Shown here: piece by piece, positions 14,901 to 26,851 of the stretch
Numbering within the stretch: the stretch's first letter is position 1
How the letters are laid out: the number at the start of each line of letters is the position of its first letter
DNA from: Paragordius varius
Lineage: Eukaryota; Animalia; Nematomorpha
Direction of reading: 5' to 3'
DNA length: 64,000 nucleotides
Assembly: GCA_964247055.1 (NCBI GenBank)
Contig: OZ176050.1
Coordinates: 5,332,001 to 5,396,000 of the forward strand
Program-made: the position numbers and the translations under genes
Notes under the pieces: generated by a model
Seen by the model: only the letters and a program-made list of their open reading frames with translations
The model's database searches: none
Told to the model about the DNA's origin: nothing

Positions 14901-17900
14901 TATTGGTCTTTTCCATTGCTTGTAGGCGTCTACTGATTATTTTTATGATATATGTAATGCTTCCGATTGCCGTTGAGTTTCAGTTGGGCCATCATCCAAT
15001 AATTCTAGCATCTTCGCCGTGGTTTATCAGAGCGCTTTCTTTCATATTGTCTCATAATTTTCGAACCATATTTCACTTTTACTCATTAGAGCATGTTACC
15101 ATATGTTTCTACCAGCACACATAATTTTCGACACATATGAATGGAATGCGTGCCGCAAATGTGCTTTTTCATGCACAAAATTCGGATCACTGAATGATAA
15201 ACTTAAAAAGTTAATTGGTGGACTCAACTTGTGTGTGTGTGTGTGTGTGTGTTTGTGGTTTAATGTCAAATGAACAAAGTGGCTGATAAACGCTAAACTG
15301 CCGAGATCGCACCATAACAATTTCATATGCCAGATTATCTCATGAAATATAAAATTAATCGGTGTGTACTTTTCGCTAACATTTTCTTTTAGTTAAGCCG
15401 GTAATGACTTGTGGCCTGTTTTTATTGCAATAAGGTGTTCGCAAAATGGCCTCCCTTTATATCAAATAATTTTAAAAGTTTATTGCTTAAATTATTTTTT
15501 CATATTTATACTTCAAATTTAAATAATAACTTCATTATAATTTTTTGGTATAATTCAGGTTCCGAGGACGGAGGTGTAAAAGTTTGGAATATGGAATTCA
15601 GTGAATTGCAAGAAAAACTACCTGATCATTCTAAAGGAATTACTTGTGTAAACTTTAGTCCATCTGGGACATATATTGTATCTGGATCGAAAGATACAAC
15701 GATTAACATTAAGCAACTTTACGAGGCTAGTTCCTTCATACGATTTACGGTAAAATTATTAGAGTTTTTTTAAAACATATTATATTAATAAATAGGCTTT
15801 TATCACAAATATAAGTTTTAATATTTTTAATCCACAAATATTTATTATTATTATAGTGTTATCAATGTTTTCATTTTTAAAAAAAAATTGAGAAATGAAA
15901 ATAAGTAAATCGTCAAATTTTATCATTTTTTGCATAAACAATGACTTAATTTGATTTTTATTTAATTTATTGAAAAGAACTGAAAATTTGATGTTTTGAC
16001 CGCTTTTATATAATAGGGTCATTCCAGCTCAATTACAAACGCAGTATTTAGTCAGGATGAAAAATCTATCATTTCATCAGAGGTTAATGATATAGTGAAG
16101 GTTTGGAGAGTAGATACCGGATTTACCTTATTGAATTGTAGCGTGCCGTCGCGCGTCTTAATGGTATCGCCAAACAGCTTGTTTGCCATATCTGGAAATC
16201 GTACTAATAGGTATATTATTAAAAAAGACTAAACTTTCCTTAAGGGTTTATAAATATTTTATTTAGTACTTTATAAAATTTAATATTATTCGTTTAATAC
16301 CCAAATTTTAGTATGAAAATTTGGAACGTAGAAGATGGTTCTTTGGTAAACAGTATTACCCATAGTGCTGAGATAAGCTGTCTGTCTATAACCACTAATT
16401 CCCAAATATGTGTTACAGGATCAAAGGATGAATCTTTAAAAGTTTGGGAAGTTACAACTGGAAAATTAACACAGGTATATGGTAAAATTGTTATATTTAC
16501 AAAATTATTTTGGCAAATATTGGCATATTGCATAATTTTTTGACCATGAGTATCCAAGATACTACATATCATATCAAAAAGAGGAATTATGTAACCATTT
16601 ATGAATATAGGTATTTATAATCAATAAATGATCTTTCATAGATCAATTTATATTTTTAAATTTAGTTAAGCGTTATACGCTGACCTTATAAGGCCATGAA
16701 ATACTATAAAACAGGGGTGGCCAACGAGGTGACCGCGGTCACTTTCGTGACCGCGACAACTCAAAAAGTGACCGTCTGAAAATATTTTTTTTTAAAAAAT
16801 TTTATTGATTTTTTTCGGATAGTTGGCTACTTCTGAGCGAATTTAAATTTAAAATACAAAAAAATACGGTTTAAATTAAAAAAAACGTCTAAGAAAAGGG
16901 TGTAAAAAAATTATTTTATTAATTATAATTCATATGTTTTGGAGCATTTGCATTAAAACTTAAAATCAGTCATTTCCCTTGAATATATCAAAACTTTGAG
17001 CAAAGCTTATTCATAAATCAGAAGCATAATCGTGAAGTTAGATTTGATTTGATACACCAAAAGTAGGTTTTTAAAACTTATATTTTAGAATGAGCCAAAA
17101 AAATTTGTACAGATACAAGAAAGATTGGGAGCATGAATACTTTTTTATTATGATAAATGAAACATGCACCTGTCTAATATGCAATAGTACTGTTGCTTTG
17201 CCCAAAAAGTCAAATATTGAAAGACATTATAGATCTCTGCATCCACATTACTCCAAAAACTACCCCTTACAAACTCAAGAACGCAACATTAAAGTAAAGG
17301 AATTAAAAGAACAATTATCCGCCTCACAAAATAGCATACTTAAATACAACAAAGACTATAAAAATGCTACGATTGCTTCATTCAAGGTAGCGGAAATACT
17401 CATTCGGAACAATATGCCATTCCAAGATGATGAAATATTTAAAGAAGCCTTTATTAGCGCTTGTGATATTTTATTTGAAAATTTTGATAACAAAAATAAT
17501 ATTATGACAGCTATTAAAAGCATAAGCTTATCGAGAAATACCGTTATGCGCAGGGCTGAAGATATTAGTAATAATCTTGATGAAATTTTACATGAAAATA
17601 TTAATAACTGTATTTTTTTTCCTTGCAACTCGATGAGTCCACCGATTATGTTGGAATCGCCCAATTATGCATTTTCATTCGTATGATATTTAGTGATTTA
17701 TCTGCAAAGGAGGAATTATTAACTATAATACCGCTCCACGAACGAACCAGAGGGCAGGATATTTTTGATTCTTTTTATAAATTTATCACAGATACGAAAC
17801 TTCCCATCGTAAAACTCGCATCTATAACTACTGATGGAGCTCCAGCTATGATTGGCGTTAACAACGGCTTTATCGCTTATGTAAAAATCACAGTGCATTT

Positions 17901-20900
17901 CCCAATTCATTGATTACCATTGTATAATCCATAATCAAGTTTTATGTTCAAAAGTTTTAAAATACCATCATGTAATGAACCCCTGTTTTAAAATTGTTAA
18001 CGCCATTCGAACAAAAAGCTTGTCCCGCCGCCAATTTCGAATTTTGTTAAATGAGTGCGGCGTGGAATATGGAGAACTTTTATTACATATTGATGTAAGG
18101 TGGTTGAGTCGTGCCGCATTTTTAATTAGATTTAGGCAACTTTTACCACAAATAGAAATTTTTTTAGAGAATTCTAAATTTTCATACCCTGAATTGAAAG
18201 ATCAAGATTGGCTGCTTGATCTTGAATTTTTATGCGATATCACGGAAAAATTGCATAAATTAAACATCCAATTACAAGGAAAAGATAAAACAATAATGGA
18301 TATGATGGGTGCTTTAAAATCTTTTAAGGAAACACTAACAGTAGTAGAAACACAATTAAAAAACCGAGATTTAAAACATTTTTTTAATCTGGCAGCGGTG
18401 TCTGAAAAAATAGAGAATCTCTCTTTTGAAAAATATGCAGATGATATTGGTCTGCTTATTAATGATTTTGAAAAACGATTTTCATCTATAAATAAACTTG
18501 AAGACATCGCTATTTTTTTATCATGCCCATTTAATAATAATAATAATAATAATGTTGAATATATTGCTCAAAAACTCAGCTACTTTCTTGGTGTACCAAA
18601 TTTAGCAGAGTTGGAAGAGGAATTAATAAATGTTAAATGCGATATCCATCTAAAATCATTAGGATCAGATATATATAAATTTATAAATAAAGATAAATAC
18701 CCCCATATTTGGAAAACCGCTGCATTATTCAATTCTTTTTTTGGATCCACATATTTATGTGAATCGGCGTTTTCAATTATGAATGCTATCAAAACTAAAC
18801 AGAGGTCACAATTAACTAATAAACATTTAGAATCATGTTTGAGAATTGCTTTGACTTCATTTGAACCTAATTTAGATAAACTTTCTGAATTTTTTCGCAG
18901 TCGGGCGTTTTAAATATTTTTTCCTTTATTAAATATGGATGTTTATCGAGTTGTATTTTCGCTTAGGAAAAAGCCGATTTACTAAAAAATATGTGGATAG
19001 AATTAAAACTGATACAATTTTAATGTACTTTTATTTATGTTCAAATTATGGTTCTAAATTGGAATGCTATTTTTTATTTCTTTTATTTTTTGTATCATAA
19101 TGTATTCTCCCCTGTAATTTCAAATGCATTGTTTAAATTTTTATATTGTAAAATTTCATATAATAGAAATTTAATAAATAAATATTTTGAAGTGTTTTAT
19201 GTTGGTTAAAAAATTAAGGTAGTTAATAACCCGTTGTCTTTTAATTAAGATTATTTTTGTATTTGGTTGATAGATAAAAAAATTACAATTTTAAAATGGT
19301 TTAAACAAGTCACCCTAATCTGTAAAGCAGGTATATACATCATTTAAAGTGTTGATTGAGTTTTTTTGATAAATATTTCTGGGTGACCGCGAACTCTTTT
19401 TTTTAACAAAAAAGCCAAAAAAAAGCTCGCGACAAAAAAAGTGTGGCCACACCCCTGCTATAAAAGAAACATGCTATGTACAGTGGCGGAACCAAAAGTC
19501 TGCCCGGTGGGTTATCAAGAGCCTATTGTACTAAAGGGCCCTTTTAAAATATAACTCAATATAATTATTATCTCTTAAATGGATACTAATAGCTGTAACA
19601 TTGACAAAGTCACAAATTTATACATTTTTTGGTTTTAGGTGTTGGTTGGCCATGAGGACGCAGTAACTTGTGTTACCACAAGTCATAATAACCAAAAAGT
19701 CATCTCTGGCTCTAAAGATAAAACGGTCATTATGTGGAACATTGATACGGGTAGTACACTGAAAACATATGCTGATCATAGTTTAGAGGTTACTTGCGTT
19801 GCAATCACTCAAGATAATTCTATCATTATCTCAAGTATTTTAACCAAAGATTTTTTTTAAAATTTTAACATTTGAATAATGTTTTTGCATCTTTTCCGTG
19901 GACCAACCGTTTAAATATTAACATTAAATTACCTAAAGATTTCTTGAGGTCAACATTGCATTTTTATAGGATTTTTAAATAAAAATTGTTAATCGTTTAA
20001 TTTAGACTAGGGTTGCTTATCGGTTATAATTCGTTCATTACCAGGATGGGACTGATTACAAAACGATCAAATTTTTTTGAACATATAGGGCAATTTGAAT
20101 ATTTTTAACGGTATTAAAATCAATTAATATAGCTATTGTGTTTAAATAAGTTACAGGAATATTTTTGGTACCAATTTCCTGATTATTACCATGAATGGGG
20201 CATCTGTTTTTATTTCAATCGGTCACAATGATTCAAAATGAAGCGCATGTATTATGTTGAAAGTAGTATATACTTTTTCCAGTGAATATCGCTGGGATTG
20301 ATTTTCATTATAGTTGTACATATGTTTGATTCAGGCGGCCTATTTTATATTTTTATGCGCTATATTTTATATAAATTAAATAACATTATTCATTTTTTGA
20401 TTAAATAGGTGCTCTAGATGGTACTCTACGAGTGTGGGATAGCAACAAAGGTACCCTCATAACTATATTTGATTGTCATTACCCTGTCATGAATTTTAGC
20501 GCATCTCCTGATGCCAGTCACATTTTAATTCGGTTGAATGATCCCCATGTACTCCTCATGTGTTTGCACAATAGTCCGGCATCCGATTACAGGGCAATGC
20601 AATCTCACAGCTTGGATGAAGGTTGAATGAATATAATATTTTTCAGAAAATTGAAAATAATGATTATCATCCGACTAATATTTGCTTTTTTCAGCCATGT
20701 TATATCATAATTTTTCCCCCTAACTTTTGAGTTTATAAGGTTTTTAAATCTTAAGCCAGGAAAAAAATGTTCCATCTAACTTTTAATATAAATCATTATA
20801 GCATTTGAGCTGCTTGAGTCATTTTCGTACTTGAGCCGGTCCATTAACCAAAATGTCTGGCTCAAGGCTCTTTTACATGGTTTTTAGTGTATTTTTTGAT

Positions 20901-21792
20901 TTCAATAGCAAATTAGTAACATGTATGATAAAATTTGGTACATATTCTAATTTGTTTTGAACGGCATGTAATTGGCAAAGAAATTTTCACAATTTTAGGT
21001 AATTTTAATTTTAAAAATAATGATTATTTATGAGTATAATATAGAATGTAAAGTTGAGTGTTTTAACCATTACAGATGAAAATTTTAAAAAAAATTAAAT
21101 TACCATTAATTGCTTGATAAACGTGGTGATTATCTATACAATTGGCTCTATCTTAAGAGCATTTGTTAAAACACATGTCAGTTTTGGCTCATGTTTTCAA
21201 CACCAATTTAATGCCTTGACAAAAATTTCTTGCTATCTAACCAAATTAAAACTGTTTTCAATTTAACCTATTTTTATATTTAGTTGAACACAATGAGAAC
21301 ATATTGCCGATTAAACCAAAAGCTAATCGATACTCTTTGTATTTGGGAAAAAATCTTATTCCTAAAATCAATACGTTGAACATAACCGATCCCACTCTAA
21401 GTAATGTTAACACGGTCATGATGAGTGGTATTGGAGATCGAACGACTGGGATTATGAATACAACTAATGTTGTTGGACCACCCAGTACTAAAGGAGCCGT
21501 GAAAAAAACAAGTGCGCCCAAACTTTTGCGCAAGCAAGATTCTATGTCAAAAATCTTTTTCCAAACGCATCATCCCTTCCCATGCAGTGCTAAAATGAGT
21601 GATTTAATTCCCGAAATTAGTTCAGACATCAAGGAAAAATTATCTAATGTGGATTCAAGTGGTATGGTTGGCGGGAAACCAGGGACTGAAATGTCATCGC
21701 TCTTGTTTGGTAAAAATGCTAAAATCAATCCCGTCCTTATACAACAATGTCAGGCCAACTCATTGAAAAATATGACTTGTGTTATCCAATAG
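2971..21792 (+). CDS. NACHT and WD40 repeat protein (NWD1/NWD2/qui-1-like), ~1807 aa, 25 exons
   Basis: Frame-consistent exons: 2971-2974 (putative ATG G), 3826-3951, 4589-4791, 5601-5700, 5768-5864, 5958-6097, 6185-6262, 6342-6451, 6530-7857, 8332-8486, 8721-8830, 9298-9496, 9584-9817, 10320-10583, 10725-10848, 11422-11609, 12608-12810, 13596-13736, 13824-13977, 15559-15749, 16017-16210, 16312-16474, 19639-19834, 20409-20621, 21284-21792 (sum 5424 nt). N-terminal IKIFISS..ERKLL..VLPDLQNFC (DUF4062-like), Walker A ILTGGEGVGKT, Walker B ILIDD, many WD repeats (GSEDKTIKLW, GSKDESLKVW, GHEDAVTCV). The first exon is uncertain. Confidence 0.9.
5164..5461. mobile_element. Non-autonomous hAT (Buster-type) MITE in NWD intron
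   Basis: Ends CAGGGGTGGCC / AGGCACCCCTG. Flanks GGATAAAA vs AGGTAAAA (degenerate 8-bp TSD with central TA). The left terminus is identical to that of the 16712 element. Confidence 0.75.
14430..15200 (-). pseudogene. Decayed mariner (Mos1-like) transposase in NWD intron
   Basis: The minus strand at 14641-14715 reads NRYGKTMLCV*WDQKGIVNYQHLKPS, matching the mariner KxMLCVWWD motif. Many stops; boundaries approximate. Confidence 0.75.
15231..15251. repeat. (TG)n microsatellite
   Basis: tgtgtgtgtgtgtgtgtgtgt. Confidence 0.9.
16712..19457 (+). mobile_element. Full-length hAT (Buster/Charlie group) transposon in NWD intron
   Basis: Perfect 8-bp TSD CTATAAAA (16704-16711, 19458-19465; central TA). 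Termini CAGGGGTG..GCCA. Subterminal GTGACCGCG repeats including the palindrome GTGACCGCGGTCAC. Confidence 0.95.
17090..18913 (+). pseudogene. hAT Buster-type (GTF2IRD2/EPM2AIP1-like) transposase with three -1 frameshifts
   Basis: Zn finger CLIC..HYRSLH; LDESTD; TTDGAPAM; YHCIIH; VRWLS; FGSTYLCESAFS. Frame changes near 17620, 17878 and 17913. Confidence 0.9.
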
Positions 21793-22479
21793 GGCGTGAC
21801 AGTTAACAAAAATTATTTATAAATTTTTATTTTTTTGTTTATTAATCTATATTTTATCTTAGATACCACCATAATAGTAGTTTATTGTGATGTGCAACAT
21901 AATATATTTACACCAAAGTATTTTATTTATCCAAACTTAATATACAGTTAAATATTTTTAAACAATAAATTGCACTTGTCCATATTGTATTTTGATCATT
22001 CAATTTTGGGGCAGTTATGCTGAGAGTTTTTAAATATATATTCTAACAGTATCCATCAAATATAGCCAAATTTAAATAGGTATTCTATGGATATTTAGGC
22101 GCTATAGAATAAATGTTAATATAATATTGTAAAAGAATCACCATCTTTAGCCGCCAATTATATATTTAATTTTTGGTATCACTAAATAACTGGCATATAA
22201 AATAGGATATAGCTGAAATTTAATTTAATTTGAATCAAATGATATTTGAATGATATCTCAATTTTGGAAAAAATAAAGGTTTTAGATATCTAAAATAATA
22301 GCGATCTCAAAAAGAGTTATGATTTGCCATCCTTTATTGGCATTTTAAAACTGTAATATATCTATAGTTCAAGGGCTAAAGTTAAATTATTATATTCCTA
22401 AATACAATCAACGGTGTCTCTATTTTAATCCCTCCCAAGCTTTAGGATGATGATATAGTGCTAACTATATACTATACCA

Positions 22480-22735
22480 TTTTTCATGCAAAAACATCAT
22501 TTTTTCAACCAAACGCACCATTTTTTCAAGCAAACGCAACATTTTTTCAAGCAAAGGTAACAATTTTTCAAGCAAATGCAACATTTTTTCAAGCAAAGAC
22601 AACATTTTTTTAAGCAAACGCAACATTTTTTCAAGCAAACGCAACATTTTTTCAACCAAATACAACATTTTTTCATCCAAACGCAACATTTTTTTAACCA
22701 AAGACAACATTTTTTCAAGCAAAAACAACACTTTT
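22480..22735. repeat. 21-bp minisatellite, 12 units (left foldback arm)
   Basis: Unit ~TTTTTTCAAGCAAACGCAACA. Confidence 0.95.
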
Positions 22736-23696
22736 TTTAATATTACAAAGAATTACTATTTATTGTTAATTATAAATTATTTATTAAATTTTAAGTTAAT
22801 GTAATTTATTTTTAGCGTTGAATTATGATTTTTATCGTTTTACCATCAATATTTGATGGTAAAATTGATTTTCAAACATTTTGATTTTGCCCATAAATTG
22901 CCTTATTTATTTATATTAATTATATTTTTCTTATACAATTCGCCTAATCAAATTATTTAATTTGCACTTCAAGAGTGTCTTTGAACACTTCCAGATGGTC
23001 CTTGAACATTTCAAGTTGGTTTTTGAACTCTTTAAGTTGGTCCTTAAAATATATAAATTTTGTTTTACCCTATTTATCAACCTAATTTTCTTTATTTATT
23101 ATATATTTATCCATTTAAAAATAAAAAATTTTATTAAAAAACCACTTTTTTGCAAAATAGTTTTATTAATTGAACAAAATTATTAACTTTTAATGTTTTT
23201 AATGAAAATTAAAACTCATATTTTTTTTTTCGTGTTATAAATATCTAAAATTATTTTAAGAAATTAATATACGGTTTCTCAAAGATTAAAAGTTGATATC
23301 GATTTAAAATATGTTAAATAATAGAAAAAGGTTAAAAACAATAAAATAAATAAATTATTTTCGGTTTAATTTAATAAAAGTTAAAAACAAAACAAAAAAG
23401 TCAAAGGACCAACTTGAATTGAAGTACAACTTTAAACTTTCAAAGACACTCTTGAAGTGCAAATTAAATAATTTGATTAGGCGAAACTAAAATTGTAAAA
23501 GAAAAATATAATTAATATAAATAAATACGGCAATTTATGGGCAAAATCAAAATGTTTGAAAATCAATTTTACCATCAAATATTGATGGTAAAACGATAAA
23601 AATCATAATTCAACGCTAAAAATAAATTACATTAACTAATTTAATAAATAATTTATAATTAACAATAAATAGTAATTCTTTGTAATATTAAAAAAA

Positions 23697-23970
23697 GTGT
23701 TGTTTTTGCTTGAAAAAATGTTGTCTTTGGTTGAAAAAATGTTGCGTTTGGATGAAAAAATGTTGTATTTGGTTGAAAAAATGTTGCGTTTGCTTGAAAA
23801 AATGTTGCGTTTGCTTGAAAAAATGTTGCGTTTGCTTAAAAAAATGTTGTCTTTGCTTGAAAAAATGTTGCATTTGCTTGAAAAATTGTTACCTTTGCTT
23901 GAAAAAATGTTGCGTTTGCTTGAAAAAATGGTGCGTTTGGTTGAAAAAATGATGTTTTTGCATGAAAAAT
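23697..23970. repeat. 21-bp minisatellite, 13 units (right foldback arm)
   Basis: Unit ~TGTTGCGTTTGCTTGAAAAAA; inverted copy of the left array plus one unit. Confidence 0.95.
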
Positions 23971-24444
23971 GGTATACCACATCGTTTTTAAAGTTAATAC
24001 CTCATTTGCATGAAAGATTATGTATTATTATTATATTAAGGAATAACCTTGCAACTAACGTTTTTAGTATTATCATATTATTGAATATACTGTAAAGTGG
24101 CAGGCACTTTATGAATAAATTTATACCTCATTAAGTCACTCATATATATATATATATATAATGTATTATTTTGATATATTTAACGACGTGTATTTTGGTT
24201 ATACAATAAATATCTCCTTTTACGCGGGGTTCCTATTTACAGGTGGTAGACATGGAAAGATTAATGATCAAAATAGTAAATTATAATCTTAATGTTTAAC
24301 ACCTATGTATTAAGTTTTGATATGCCATGCTATCCTCAAATTTATTTATACGGTCTGCAATAATTTTTTAGGTATCCTTGCATTACACTATGCGCAATTT
24401 TTTTTATCTTATACATGCGAATGCTCATGATCACATCGATTGAG

Positions 24445-24832
24445 CAGTGGCGTACCGAGCATTTTCGGCGCCCGGGGTATAAAACTTTTATGGCGCCCCT
24501 CCCCCCTTTTTTTAAAAGCCAATAAAACAATTTAGTAAAAAAATACAATGTAACCTAAATACCATAGATAAGACAGCACAGTCATATAAATTTTAAATCT
24601 ATTATATATATATATTTAGATGATACTAAATTTATTCAATGGTACTAATTAGGTGAATAATAGAGTATATATTATAGGGATTATTACCTAAATTGCTGAG
24701 AAATCTCATTTGAAAGTTCTTGTTATTTTTGCATAATTAAAATTTAATATTAAAAAATCATTTAGGCGCCCCTAAATAACGGCGCCCGGGGCATGATGCA
24801 CCCCCTTGCCCCACTCCCTCGGTACGCCCCTG
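24445..24832. mobile_element. hAT MITE
   Basis: Perfect TSD CGATTGAG (24437-24444, 24833-24840). 15-bp TIR CAG(T/G)GGCGTACCGAG. Subterminal GGCGCCC repeats. Confidence 0.93.
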
Positions 24833-26480
24833 CGATTGAGTAAAAATTAATGGTGTGGACAAGGATAGATAGATAAATTACTATTGTTAAGATAATTATG
24901 GACCTTCCGTTGTGACGGGGTTTTTTCTGGCTATCAATGCATTGAAGAATATTTTATTGAACCAATCACCGGCTTTTATGTTTTTAAATTGTAAATCTTG
25001 GCTAATGTTTTTCTCCGGTGTTATTGCTGCACAACCAACACTGTTTTTACATTTGAGTTAAAATCATTACATTTTATATCCAATCATCATGATCGTAATA
25101 GCCGAGTCTAAGGATCTTGAGGTATTTGAGATTTTAGAATAATATGATACAATCATCAGCAAAATTAATAAATTTATTAATGAATTTTCGCTCGAATTTT
25201 TATTATTAGATGTGGTCCCCGCCCAAATTTTTCTGCACTTTTAAAATTAGTTCTAAAATAATGCAGTTGAACGGTAAAATAATTAAATGCTAGATTATAC
25301 TAAAATTTTTAGAAAAGTTTGGTTGAACCGTACTTCATACTTGACGAATGATTGAAACGGTCATACACTTCAAGATAATATAAAACACCTTTTCTATAAT
25401 TTCGATGATATTGAGCATTTGTACCCCTCAGAACTTTGGAAAATTTGTTTGCTTTTAAATTTGAGTTAATTTTTTCAAAAAAAAATCTCATTTAACATAT
25501 AATATAATTTTTGGACGAACGCATACTTTAATTTAATCGTATTCAGCATCATCGAGCTCTATGGAAAAAGTATTTTATTTTCATCATGCCCCTCAACCAA
25601 ATTTTGCTATTAAATTTGTGAAAAAGATATGCATTTTTTAAAAAATATTTTTTTATATGAAAATTTAGCATATTTTTACATGGCTTACCGCACAACGGCA
25701 TTTTTTCGTTTGTTTTAAGAGAACTAGAAGAGGGGAAAATTTTGGAATTTTCGGAGCCGATATCTAAAAATTAAAAATATTGTTTTGCTTTTTATATAGA
25801 GTTTATGATTCATTTTAATGATATTTTTTGGAATAGAGCATTTAGCTTTCACCAAAAAAAATATTTAAAAAAATATGCGCAATTTTGCCATTTTCTGATA
25901 TGGAAAACCTAACAAAAGTGCAAATTACTTTCTAAAATCACTCGTAAGGTCTCAAAAAGACCATGATAATTCTGATACATTTCCACTACCTACCTTAATA
26001 TATATAATAGCGATAATGAAAAAGTACAGAAATATACCTATCTTGGTAATACCATTTCGTGAAAGAATATAAAGTTAATTACTTTTATGTTTGAAAAGGA
26101 GATGTTACAAATAGTCGAATTTTTTAGATTACAACTCAAATAAAATTCACATGTTTTATAAAGTATTTTTTATAAAACCTTCAAAGGTGGTAAAAAAATA
26201 ATAATATGATGCCTTTTATTTTGCAAAATTTTTGCCTAGAAAAATATTGATCGCTACAATGCTTTAATTTTTTATGGAAAAATCTATTGCTACAGTCGAG
26301 GTCGAGTTTTGTAATATTGTTAAAAATTTGTCCATGGATTGCAATTTTTATGTCTCTTTTTAAAATAATCGTTTGAATTAAAGGGACTACCGAGTATGAA
26401 TAATATACCTGGAAGATAATATATCTATTCAAATTAGTAAACCTATAATTTGATATACTATATATTTATGTATATAAAAT

Positions 26481-26851
26481 TTATTTTTGTTCTCTTTTCA
26501 TTCCGCCCAAACACTTAGGAGATTCAGTGAATTCAAAATTTTCCTGAGGACTTTTTGCGATTATAGAAAGTGCATGTACAGTATCTTGCAATTCTTCTGC
26601 TAAGATATCATTTATAATACGGTGTCTCTACGTATTAAATACGATCAAACCTTAATCAATGACAAATCGTTAAATTTTTCACTAATCACAACAATTTTGA
26701 AATGAGTATTTGAATCTAATTTTATATTACTTAAACTTTTTGGAATATTATGCATGTAACTTTCATTTATTACATCTAAATATTTGGGCTATATTAAGTA
26801 TATAAATACTTGTAACGCTTTTAAAATTTTTTGATAAATTTTATCTCGCAT
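26481..26851 (-). CDS. BOLA1: BolA-like protein 1 (101 aa), 4 exons with three ultra-short introns
   Basis: Exons 26851-26810, 26788-26737, 26715-26651, 26627-26481 give MRDKIYQKILKALQPKYLDVINESYMHNIPKNSNTHFKIVVISEKFNDLSLIKRHRIINDILAEELQDTVHALSIIAKSPQENFEFTESPKCLGGMKREQK. BolA motifs NES..H, THF, RHR, VHAL and the BOLA1-type SPxCLGG tail are present. The true start may lie further upstream. Confidence 0.9.
26628..26650 (-). other. 23-nt intron (BOLA1 i3)
   Basis: GTTTGATCGTATTTAATACGTAG; joins LSLIK to RHRII. Confidence 0.88.
26716..26736 (-). other. 21-nt intron (BOLA1 i2), 3n and stop-free
   Basis: GTTTAAGTAATATAAAATTAG; removal restores BolA spacing H-x-x-P-x-x-S-x-T-H-F. Confidence 0.65.
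26789..26809 (-). other. 21-nt intron (BOLA1 i1)
   Basis: GTATTTATATACTTAATATAG; if retained it ends in an in-frame TAG. Confidence 0.85.

Larger units (their letters stand above)
22475..23974. mobile_element. Foldback element: ~510/535-bp inverted arms around a ~450-bp core, TA flanks
   Basis: 22473-22985 is the near-perfect reverse complement of 23439-23976. Both ends read TA-TACCATTTTTCATGC. The core resembles 29046-29480. Confidence 0.9.

Noticed and set aside
19481-19550. CAGTGGCGGAACC hAT-like terminus next to the Buster element
   Set aside because: No partner end or TSD found; solo fragment only
22480-23970. Regular short repeats as a possible CRISPR array
   Set aside because: Units are contiguous with no unique spacers, there are no cas genes, and the context is eukaryotic
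22465-24095. ORFs reading as LLEKMLR heptads (leucine-zipper-like) and KKCCVCL Cys-rich repeats
   Set aside because: By-products of a 21-bp minisatellite open in several frames on both strands, inside transposon arms; no splice or domain support
24880-26430. Coding-looking fragments downstream of BOLA1 (including the 26181-26432 ORF and a chance FADD string)
   Set aside because: No stop-free spliced model or recognisable domain, even allowing tiny introns; left uncalled
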